64,000 bases of DNA from Candidatus Caccoplasma sp. Lineage in GTDB: Bacteria; Bacteroidota; Bacteroidia; Bacteroidales; G3-4614. Numbering within the stretch: position 1 is the first letter of the stretch; every line of letters begins with the position of its first letter. Location: contig JAZLBW010000045.1 in NCBI GenBank assembly GCA_045613905.1, positions 137,647 to 201,646 on the forward strand, read 5' to 3'. Both the position numbers and the translations under genes were made by a program. Positions 56,860 through 64,000 of the stretch are shown piece after piece. The notes under the pieces are model-generated. The model saw only the letters and a list, made by a program, of their open reading frames with translations, was not told the origin of the DNA and made no database searches.

Positions 56860-57834
56860 ATGGATATACGCGAGTCAATTAAGAAGATTATTGGAGTGGA
56901 GATGGAGAACTTTAATAAAGCCCTCTACGATACTCTGGCCTCTGATAATGGTTTGTTGAAGAGCGTAGTTGACTATTACCTTCAGGCAAAGGGCAAGCAA
57001 ATTCGCCCTATGTTGGTGATATTGAGTTCGCGTCTTTTTGGAGAGGTTAATGAGGCAACAATGAGTGCGGCTGTAGCAGTTGAGTTGTTGCACAATGCAA
57101 GCCTTATTCATGATGACGTGGTTGATAGTTCTCCCCTTCGCCGAGGACGTAAAACAGTAAATAATATTTGGGATAACCGAGTAGCTGTTTTGGTCGGCGA
57201 TTTTTTTGTATCAACAGCCCTGCAATCGGCGATAAAATCGAACAATCTTAATACTGTATCTCTTATAGCTGCTCTTGGAAAAGAGTTGGCTACAGGCGAA
57301 ATCGATCAAATTGAGACTGCCGACAGCCATATCCTCGATGAAAACAGATATTTTAATGTCATCAAACAAAAGACTGCATCTCTCTTTTCGTCGTGTATGT
57401 TGATGGGTGGTTATTCAAATGGAGCAGATGCGCAACAACTTGATGCTGTTGAGCTATTCGGGCAAAAGCTTGGTTTGTGCTTTCAGATAAAAGACGATAT
57501 ATTCGATTATTTTGCAGATGATGTTGTCGGAAAGCCAACCGGTTCGGACTTGAAAGAGGGAAAAGTTTCACTTCCTCTGTTATATGCGATTGAATCGAAT
57601 AGTGATGAGCGTAATGCTGAGATGCGAGCTCTTTTGATGAAACAGTCGCTCTCCGATTCTGAAATAGCCCTTTTGGTTGATTATGCAAAAGAGATGGGAG
57701 GTATTGAGTATGCTGAAAAAACGATGCAACGTTTAAAGGTCGAGGCAGTCGAGGCTCTTGAGATTTTCCCTGATTCGGACATTAAAGAGATGTTGATGAA
57801 AATACTCGATTATATCATAGCACGAAACTATTGA
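56860..57834 (+). CDS. Polyprenyl diphosphate synthase (IspB-like, long-chain)
   Basis: First DDxxD LIHDDVVD and second DDxxD KDDIFD. Confidence 0.9.
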   Translation: MDIRESIKKIIGVEMENFNKALYDTLASDNGLLKSVVDYYLQAKGKQIRPMLVILSSRLFGEVNEATMSAAVAVELLHNASLIHDDVVDSSPLRRGRKTVNNIWDNRVAVLVGDFFVSTALQSAIKSNNLNTVSLIAALGKELATGEIDQIETADSHILDENRYFNVIKQKTASLFSSCMLMGGYSNGADAQQLDAVELFGQKLGLCFQIKDDIFDYFADDVVGKPTGSDLKEGKVSLPLLYAIESNSDERNAEMRALLMKQSLSDSEIALLVDYAKEMGGIEYAEKTMQRLKVEAVEALEIFPDSDIKEMLMKILDYIIARNY

Positions 57835-57835
57835 A

Positions 57836-57870
57836 AAAATGGAGAGAACCGACGGTCCTCTCCATTTTTT
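57836..57870. terminator. Bidirectional terminator between convergent genes
   Basis: 11-bp stem AAAATGGAGAG/CTCTCCATTTT, flanked by an A-run and a T-run. Confidence 0.7.
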
Positions 57871-57888
57871 CTATTATTTTCTGTTGTA

Positions 57889-58752
57889 TTATTCGTTGAT
57901 TGCATCTATTAGGTTGTCTGCCAAACTTGCTGCACCAATGCGGAATAAATCTTTGTTTAGCCACTCTTCGCCCAATACCTCTTTTACTATTGTATAGTAT
58001 TTTACTGCATCAGTAGCTGTGCGTATGCCTCCTGCTGCTTTTACTCCTATCTTAGTGCCGGTCTCTTCGTAGTAGTCTTTAACCGCATTACACATGACAT
58101 AGAATGCCTCGGGCGTTGCTCCCACTGCAATTTTACCTGTGGAGGTCTTGATGAAATCTGCTCCTGCGTATATCGAAAGAATCGCAGCTTTTCTGATGTT
58201 GTTATAACCCTTTAGTGCGCCTGTTTCAAGAATAACTTTTAGTTTTGCATCGCCACAAATCTCTTTAACCTCGTTAATTTCGTCGCACATATCTTCGTAG
58301 TTGCCCAAGATAAAGTTTCCTAAGTTCATGACAATGTCCAACTCATCTGCTCCATCTTTCAATGCCAATCCGGCTTCAATAGCCTTGACTTCGGGGTAGG
58401 TTTGTGATGATGGAAAACCTCCGGATACAGATGCAACTTTGACGTCTGATACTTCCAATGCTCCTCTTACTGCTGTTACGAAGTTTGGATATACGCATAT
58501 TGCGGCTACGTTTGGTATTTCTGGTTGCTCGTTCTCTAAATTGTTTACTTTGTCAACCAATTTCAATACCGATTCGTAGTTGTCGGTAACCTCAAGAGTT
58601 GTAATGTCCATGCAAGAGAATATTGTCTTATATACCTCAGTGTTGCAGTTCTCTGATATACTCTTTTTGAGTAGGTTCTCAACCTCGTTCTTTACGATCT
58701 CATCGTTTAAATTTTTCTCGTATTTTGAGATTGCTTCGTTATATTTGTCCAT
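57889..58752 (-). CDS. deoC: Deoxyribose-phosphate aldolase (long form)
   Basis: Schiff-base lysine context FIKTSTGK and VKAAGGIR. Confidence 0.8.
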   Translation of the reverse strand: MDKYNEAISKYEKNLNDEIVKNEVENLLKKSISENCNTEVYKTIFSCMDITTLEVTDNYESVLKLVDKVNNLENEQPEIPNVAAICVYPNFVTAVRGALEVSDVKVASVSGGFPSSQTYPEVKAIEAGLALKDGADELDIVMNLGNFILGNYEDMCDEINEVKEICGDAKLKVILETGALKGYNNIRKAAILSIYAGADFIKTSTGKIAVGATPEAFYVMCNAVKDYYEETGTKIGVKAAGGIRTATDAVKYYTIVKEVLGEEWLNKDLFRIGAASLADNLIDAINE

Positions 58753-58757
58753 ATCAA

Positions 58758-59081
58758 TTATAATTTTGGATTATTTATATGTCGTGTTTTGTCTCTCTCT
58801 GTCTTCTTCTCGATGTTCTTTTTCAGGGCTTCGGTTAAATCAACGCCTGTTTGGTTTGCTATACATATCAAAACCCATAAAACATCGGCAAGTTCGTCGG
58901 CAAGTTCAACCTTTTTATCGCTATCTTTGAACGACTGTTCTCCGTATGTGCGAGCCATTATCCTTGCTACTTCGCCTACCTCTTCAGTAAGAATCGCCAT
59001 GTTGGTGAGTTCGTTGAAGTAGCGTTTGCCGTAACTCCTTATCCAATCATCTACTATTTTTTGAGCCTCTTCTAATCTCAT
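58758..59081 (-). CDS. MazG-like nucleotide pyrophosphohydrolase
   Basis: EEVGEVARIM and ELADVLWVLICIAN (the EExxE...ExxD pattern). 107 aa. Confidence 0.8.
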   Translation of the reverse strand: MRLEEAQKIVDDWIRSYGKRYFNELTNMAILTEEVGEVARIMARTYGEQSFKDSDKKVELADELADVLWVLICIANQTGVDLTEALKKNIEKKTERDKTRHINNPKL

Positions 59082-59534
59082 TTATTCGCGATTTTTAGTG
59101 TCTATTACTATTGTTACAGGTCCGCTGTTTTCGAGTGATACTTGCATATCTGCTCCGAATTCACCCTGTTTAACCTCTTTGCCTGTGAGTAATTCAATCT
59201 CTTTACAGAACTTCTCATACATTGGAATTGCTGTTGCGTGTCCTGCGGCTCTTATATATGAGGGTCTGTTACCTTTCTTTGTTGCTGCATAGAGCGTAAA
59301 TTGGCTTACGACCAAAACCTCTCCGTCAATCTCTTTTACCGATAGATTCATCACTCCGTTTTCGTCGTCAAAGATGCGTAGGTTTACTGCTTTTGCGGTT
59401 AACCATTTCAAATCTTCATCGGTATCTGCCTCTTCGATTCCAAGAAGGATTAACAACCCTTTGCCTATCTCAGACTTCAGTCTGTTATCGATTGTTACAG
59501 ATGCTCTGTTTACCCTTTGTATTACAATTCTCAT
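59082..59534 (-). CDS. dtd: D-aminoacyl-tRNA deacylase
   Basis: MRIVIQRV, SQFTLYA, NSGPVT. Confidence 0.95.
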   Translation of the reverse strand: MRIVIQRVNRASVTIDNRLKSEIGKGLLILLGIEEADTDEDLKWLTAKAVNLRIFDDENGVMNLSVKEIDGEVLVVSQFTLYAATKKGNRPSYIRAAGHATAIPMYEKFCKEIELLTGKEVKQGEFGADMQVSLENSGPVTIVIDTKNRE

Positions 59535-59612
59535 ACCTAAAGAATCTCTTTTGTTTTCAGTATGCGAAATTAACTATATTTTCTCACTTGTGTGCTATCT
59601 ATGGCTAAATAT

Positions 59613-61415
59613 CTACTTCTTTAGACCTTTTATGAGAATCTCTGCTTTAGATTTGCCTATTAGGGCTGCAATCTCTTGATAATCAGTTTCTTTAATTCTT
59701 TTTACGCTTTTAAATGTCTTGATTAACAGCTCTTTAGTCTTTGTCCCTATTCCTTTTATGCTGTCGAGTTCAGAGACCACTTGAGCCTTGCTTCTCTTTT
59801 TGCGGTGATGAGTGATACCAAATCGGTGAGCTTCGTCTCGCATGCGTTGAATCACTTTTAATGATTCTGAGTTTTTGTCGATGTAAAGTGGAACCGAGTC
59901 GTTTGGGAAGTATATCTCCTCTAATTTTTCGGCAATACCCACTACCGCGATTTTACCGTATAATCCCAACTCCTTCAGGGTTTCAACCGCCACGCTTAAT
60001 TGTCCCTTACCTCCGTCCACAATTATCATTTGCGGTAGCTCTCCGCCTTCGTCTAACAGACGTTTATATCGTCGGTATATCACCTCTTGCATTGTTGCGT
60101 AGTCGTTGGCTCCAACTACGGTTTTTACGTTGAAATGGCGATAATCCTTTTTCGAAGGTTTCGCATTTTTGAATACTACGCATGCCGATACGGGGTTTGT
60201 CCCCTGAGTGTTTGAATTGTCGAAACACTCCATGTGGCGTGGCAACTCATTAAGGTGAAAGTCTTTTGCAAGTTGTGTGAGTATTCTTGTGGTACGTTGC
60301 TCGGGGTTTAGTTTTTCCGATTGTTTTGTCAAATCTACTCTGTATTGTATCGCATTTTTTGTGGATATCTGTAGTAGGTGGCGTTTATCACCACGTTGAG
60401 GAACGGTTACCATATAGTTTTTAGATTCGATGCCAAACTCAAAAGGTACGATAACTTCGCGAGCATTACTTTCGAATCTCTCGCGTAATTCAGTAACACC
60501 AAGGGCAAGTATGTCCTCTTTCTCCTCGTCGATTTTCTTTTTGTATGATATTGTCATGCTCTGCACGATAGCCCCCTCCCGTATGTTCATATAGTTTATA
60601 TATACGGTGCCTTCGTAGTCTTCATAACCGAAAACATCGACATTATGAACGCTTGAGTTGACTATGACAGATTTTGAACGATAGTTCTCTAAAAGTAGGT
60701 ATTTCTCTTTTACCTTTTGAGCCTCTTCGAATTTCAATTCAGAAGATAGCTGTTGCATCTCTTGCATTAAAATTTGCGATAACTCTGTTGTCTCCCCATT
60801 AAGGATTTGTCGAGCCTGTTTTATATACTCATCGTATTTATCGCTATTTTCTAACCCTACACATGGTGCATTGCAGTTCTTGATGTGATACTCTAAACAC
60901 TTTGAGTATTTGCCGTCCTTTATTCTGTCGTTAGTGAGCAGAAATGAGCATGAGCGGATAGGGTATAGCCTTTTTATTAACGATAGAACCACCTTTGCCA
61001 TATTTACATTGCTGTATGGCCCATAGTATTTAGACCCATCTTTAACAACGGTTCTTGTGAGAAAAATGCGGGGAAATGGCTCTTTTTTTACAACAATCCA
61101 TGGGTAGGTTTTGTCGTCCTTAAGAAGAATGTTGTATTTTGGTTGGTGTTCTTTTATCATAGAGTTCTCGAGGTGCAGGGCATCCTCTTCGCTCTCTACG
61201 ATAAAATATTTTAAATCCTCAATGTGCTTAACCAACATTGAGGTCTTTATACTCTGATTATTTTTATTGAAATAAGAAGAGACCCTCCTCTTTAAATTCT
61301 TTGCTTTGCCTACATAAATAATAACACCATCTTTGTTGAAATACTGATAAACACCAGGCTTTTCGGGCATTACAGAGATGATATTTTTTATTCTATTTAG
61401 AGTTTCGTTATTCAT
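59613..61415 (-). CDS. uvrC: Excinuclease ABC subunit C
   Basis: GIY-YIG (GVYQYF...IIYVGKAKNLKRR), UVR domain, C-terminal endonuclease and (HhH)2 domains. Confidence 0.95.
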   Translation of the reverse strand: MNNETLNRIKNIISVMPEKPGVYQYFNKDGVIIYVGKAKNLKRRVSSYFNKNNQSIKTSMLVKHIEDLKYFIVESEEDALHLENSMIKEHQPKYNILLKDDKTYPWIVVKKEPFPRIFLTRTVVKDGSKYYGPYSNVNMAKVVLSLIKRLYPIRSCSFLLTNDRIKDGKYSKCLEYHIKNCNAPCVGLENSDKYDEYIKQARQILNGETTELSQILMQEMQQLSSELKFEEAQKVKEKYLLLENYRSKSVIVNSSVHNVDVFGYEDYEGTVYINYMNIREGAIVQSMTISYKKKIDEEKEDILALGVTELRERFESNAREVIVPFEFGIESKNYMVTVPQRGDKRHLLQISTKNAIQYRVDLTKQSEKLNPEQRTTRILTQLAKDFHLNELPRHMECFDNSNTQGTNPVSACVVFKNAKPSKKDYRHFNVKTVVGANDYATMQEVIYRRYKRLLDEGGELPQMIIVDGGKGQLSVAVETLKELGLYGKIAVVGIAEKLEEIYFPNDSVPLYIDKNSESLKVIQRMRDEAHRFGITHHRKKRSKAQVVSELDSIKGIGTKTKELLIKTFKSVKRIKETDYQEIAALIGKSKAEILIKGLKK

Positions 61416-61423
61416 ATTTTTGG

Positions 61424-61445
61424 AATTGTTTCACGTGGAACAATT
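61424..61445. promoter_or_regulatory. 22-nt CACGTG-centred palindrome 9 nt upstream of the uvrC start
   Basis: AATTGTTTCACGTGGAACAATT, with 10 of 11 arm positions complementary. Confidence 0.35.
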
Positions 61446-61541
61446 AGCTTATGAATATGATTATTCTATATAATAAATTAGGTTTTCTAAAAACTAATAA
61501 CTACCCCGAAGGGGCGGCGAAACCGACAACTAAAAACTGAT

Positions 61542-63416
61542 CTATCTTCCCAAAAGCATCAATAAGATGTTTATGTCGTTAGGAGATATTCCGGGAATAC
61601 GTCCTGCTTGAGCAATAGTTTCTGGGTCAATCTTCGATAGTTTTTGACGAGCTTCAATTGTCAATTGAGTTATTTCGTTGTAATTGAATTTGCCTTTTAT
61701 GCGGATGTTCTCCAAACGAGAGATTTTGTCTGCGATAAGTTTTTCGCGTTCAATGTACCCTTCGTATTTAAGAAGAATTTCTGCTGCTTCAAGAATCTCC
61801 TCTTTTCTTTCTTTGATTTTGTCAACCTCGCGTTTAAATGGAGTTACTATCTCAATAACGTCGTAGATGTTCAATTGTGGGCGAAGCATAAGGTCTGCAA
61901 GTTTTACACCTTGTTTCAAAGGCGAAGTTCCTTTCTTCTCCAAAGCCTCGTTTACATATGCGGTTTTTACTGAGAAGTTTCGACAGAAATCTATTATTCT
62001 GTTTAGCTCCTCTTTTTTGCTTTGTAGCAAATCATAACGCTCTTTTGTTGCCAAACCGATGTCGTACGACTTTTCTGTTAAGCGCATATCTGCATCGTCT
62101 TGACGCAACAAAATTCGGTATTCTGCACGTGATGTAAACATACGATATGGTTCATCGACACCTTTTGTTACAAGGTCATCGATTAGAACACCAATGTATG
62201 CTTCATCTCTGCGAAGAACAAAATCCTCTCCGCCATGGCAACGAATGTGCGCGTTTATACCTGCAACCAATCCTTGACCTGCTGCCTCTTCGTAACCTGT
62301 TGTTCCGTTAACCTGACCTGCAAGATATAGGTTCTTAATAACTTTGCTCTCGAGAGTGTGGTTAAGTTGAGTAGGTTCAAAGTAGTCGTACTCTATGGCG
62401 TAACCGGGGCGATAAATATGTACGTTTCGCAATGCTGGAATCTCTTGCAAAGCTCTAATTTGAATATCTATTGGAAGCGACGAAGAGAATCCGTTTAGAT
62501 AGAATTCGTTTGTGTTCTCACCTTCGGGTTCAAGGAAGAGTTGATGCTCCATCTTGTCGGGGAAGGTGTGAAGTTTGGTCTCAATACTTGGACAGTATCG
62601 AGGTCCGATACTTTGAATTTGTCCGTTGTAAAGAGGAGAGTCGGGTAGGCCCTCAAGAAGAATTTCGTGCACCTTCGGGCTTGTATAAACACTCCAGCAA
62701 CTAACCTGTTTTAGTTGACGAGGTTTAAAGTCGAGGTACGAGAATTTATGGAAATCGTCCTCTCCGCCTTGCTCGGTACACAATGAAAAGTCGATGCTTC
62801 GAGCATCAATTCTCACAGGGGTACCTGTCTTCATTCTGCCAACGGTTATGCCCTCTTGAGCCAATTGCTCAGAGATTCCGTACGATGCGGGTTCCGAAAT
62901 TCTACCGCCCACAAATTGAGTGCGGCCAATATGCATCAAACCGTTTAGGAAAGTTCCCGATGTGATAACAACCGATTTGGCAAAAAACTCAACACCAAGT
63001 TGAGTTTTAACTCCCATTACGGTTTTATCTTTGATAATTAATTGATTTACAGAGTCTTGCCATAAATAAAGATTAGGAGTATTCTCTATAATGCCACGCC
63101 ACTCTTGAATAAATTTAGCTCTGTCGCTTTGAGCGCGAGGGCTCCACATGGCAGCGCCTTTTGAGCGGTTAAGCATGCGAAATTGAATAGCTGTGCGGTC
63201 GGTGACAATACCTGTGTAACCACCGAGAGCATCAATCTCTCTAACAATTTGTCCTTTAGCAATGCCACCAATAGCAGGATTACAGCTCATCTGTGCAATC
63301 TTGTTAAGGTCCATTGTGATAAGCAAGGTTTTAGAACCCAAGTTCGCTGCAGCCGTAGCCGCCTCGCAACCTGCATGTCCAGCACCCACAACAATAACGT
63401 CGTATGAAAATTCCAT
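61542..63416 (-). CDS. mnmG: tRNA uridine 5-carboxymethylaminomethyl modification enzyme MnmG
   Basis: FAD motif VIVVGAGHAGCEA, GPRYCPSIE, GQVNGTTGYEEAA. Confidence 0.95.
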   Translation of the reverse strand: MEFSYDVIVVGAGHAGCEAATAAANLGSKTLLITMDLNKIAQMSCNPAIGGIAKGQIVREIDALGGYTGIVTDRTAIQFRMLNRSKGAAMWSPRAQSDRAKFIQEWRGIIENTPNLYLWQDSVNQLIIKDKTVMGVKTQLGVEFFAKSVVITSGTFLNGLMHIGRTQFVGGRISEPASYGISEQLAQEGITVGRMKTGTPVRIDARSIDFSLCTEQGGEDDFHKFSYLDFKPRQLKQVSCWSVYTSPKVHEILLEGLPDSPLYNGQIQSIGPRYCPSIETKLHTFPDKMEHQLFLEPEGENTNEFYLNGFSSSLPIDIQIRALQEIPALRNVHIYRPGYAIEYDYFEPTQLNHTLESKVIKNLYLAGQVNGTTGYEEAAGQGLVAGINAHIRCHGGEDFVLRRDEAYIGVLIDDLVTKGVDEPYRMFTSRAEYRILLRQDDADMRLTEKSYDIGLATKERYDLLQSKKEELNRIIDFCRNFSVKTAYVNEALEKKGTSPLKQGVKLADLMLRPQLNIYDVIEIVTPFKREVDKIKERKEEILEAAEILLKYEGYIEREKLIADKISRLENIRIKGKFNYNEITQLTIEARQKLSKIDPETIAQAGRIPGISPNDINILLMLLGR

Positions 63417-63445
63417 AATCTTTAAATAGGTTTCGAAACTTGGTG

Positions 63446-63453
63446 CGAAGTTA
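63446..63453 (-). promoter_or_regulatory. -7 box variant TAACTTCG for mnmG
   Basis: 30 nt upstream of the mnmG ATG, directly after the ybeY terminator. Confidence 0.4.
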
Positions 63454-63490
63454 CAAAAAAACTTTCAGCCGAAAGGTATCGACTGAAAGT
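63454..63490 (-). terminator. Rho-independent terminator after ybeY
   Basis: 8-bp stem ACTTTCAG/CTGAAAGT. The minus-strand reading is followed by TTTTTTT. Confidence 0.7.
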
Positions 63491-63521
63491 AATATTATAT
63501 AAGAGCTTTGTAAAAAATTTT

Positions 63522-63941
63522 TTATCCTAAAATAAGAGATAGAGCTTTATCTTCAGCAGCCTCCATAATTTCACGTTCTCCCTCTCCCTTATCGTTAATG
63601 CCGCAAAGATGCAGGATGCCGTGAATAATTACGCGGTGAAGTTCTCGTTCATACTCTTGTGAGAACTGTTCGGCATTGGTGCGAACAGTGTCAAGACTGA
63701 TGAAAAGGTCGCCTGAAATAGTAGAGCCTGCTGAGTAGTCAAACGTAATAATGTCGGTGTAGTAATCGTGTTCTAAGAATTGGCGATTAACTTCCAAAAT
63801 CTTCTCATCATCGCAAAAAATATACGAAATCTCTCCACAACGTTTACCATACGACGCGGCAACCTCTTTTACCCACGATGTGATTTTTGTCTTACTTATC
63901 TGGGGCATCTCAATCCCCTCGTTAAAATAGTTAATAGCCAT
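63522..63941 (-). CDS. ybeY: rRNA maturation RNase YbeY
   Basis: Zinc motif HGILHLCGINDK (HGxLHLxGxxH-like). 139 aa. Confidence 0.9.
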   Translation of the reverse strand: MAINYFNEGIEMPQISKTKITSWVKEVAASYGKRCGEISYIFCDDEKILEVNRQFLEHDYYTDIITFDYSAGSTISGDLFISLDTVRTNAEQFSQEYERELHRVIIHGILHLCGINDKGEGEREIMEAAEDKALSLILG

Positions 63942-63966
63942 ATCTGAATATCTGTTTTATCTTTCG

Positions 63967-63974
63967 CAAAAGTA
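63967..63974 (-). promoter_or_regulatory. -7 box TACTTTTG for ybeY
   Basis: Exact TAnnTTTG match 26 nt upstream of the ATG. Confidence 0.45.
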
Positions 63975-64000
63975 CAAAAAAGAGATAGAATTGCGAAGCA

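Noticed and set aside
1-64000. Looked for a defence island or other novel multi-gene system: restriction-modification, CRISPR-Cas, abortive infection, retrons, toxin-antitoxin pairs, integrases, phage genes.
   Set aside because: Every ORF of useful size has a housekeeping or conserved-envelope assignment in typical Bacteroidales synteny. The NUDIX, LOG, MazG-like and ComM genes, whose families sometimes appear in defence contexts, sit in conserved core neighbourhoods here (dtd-mazG-deoC; hemD-DUF4271-LOG). They have no partner effector genes.

Overview
This window is a gene-dense, mostly housekeeping chromosomal segment from a low-GC Bacteroidota genome, probably Bacteroidales. The taxon call rests on gene content and synteny, and on many TAnnTTTG/TAnnTTCG -7 promoter boxes just upstream of genes. 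About 58 protein genes and 3 tRNAs can be supported. The largest block is a complete division/cell-wall (dcw) cluster on the minus strand: rsmH, ftsL-like, ftsI, murE, mraY, murD, ftsW, murG, murC, ftsQ, ftsA, ftsZ. It is followed by a GatB/YqeY gene, serS, ychF, a LOG-family gene, a DUF4271 gene, a hemD-like gene, rnpA, yidD, a tatD-family gene and tyrS. Other core genes are mutS, polA, uvrC, recF plus a DUF721 gene, mnmG, ybeY, dtd, deoC, ribH, purN, nadA and comM. A glycine-lipid acyltransferase pair (glsA/glsB-like) is also present. Two real small genes fall below the ORF-track cutoff: a 55-aa 2x[4Fe-4S] ferredoxin and a 59-aa DUF4250 protein. Several track starts are TTG/GTG extensions, and I moved them to better-supported starts. 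I find no defence island, prophage, integrase, CRISPR array, toxin-antitoxin pair or other convincing new multi-gene system. The only mobile-element trace is a short relic of an IS256-family transposase. The unexplained signals are all noncoding. They are a 64-nt promoter-bearing repeat with a covarying hairpin family upstream of rnpA and ychF; a 190-nt structured element flanked by inverted repeats in a convergent gap; a 700-bp AT-rich gap full of repeats and palindromes; and heptamer microsatellites filling the gap after polA. A few orphan or atypical genes are also flagged: a fucosyltransferase-like GT, a thioredoxin-fold lipoprotein without CxxC, and a DUF2156-GNAT fusion. All product calls come from motifs and family recall read off the translations. 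No database search was run.
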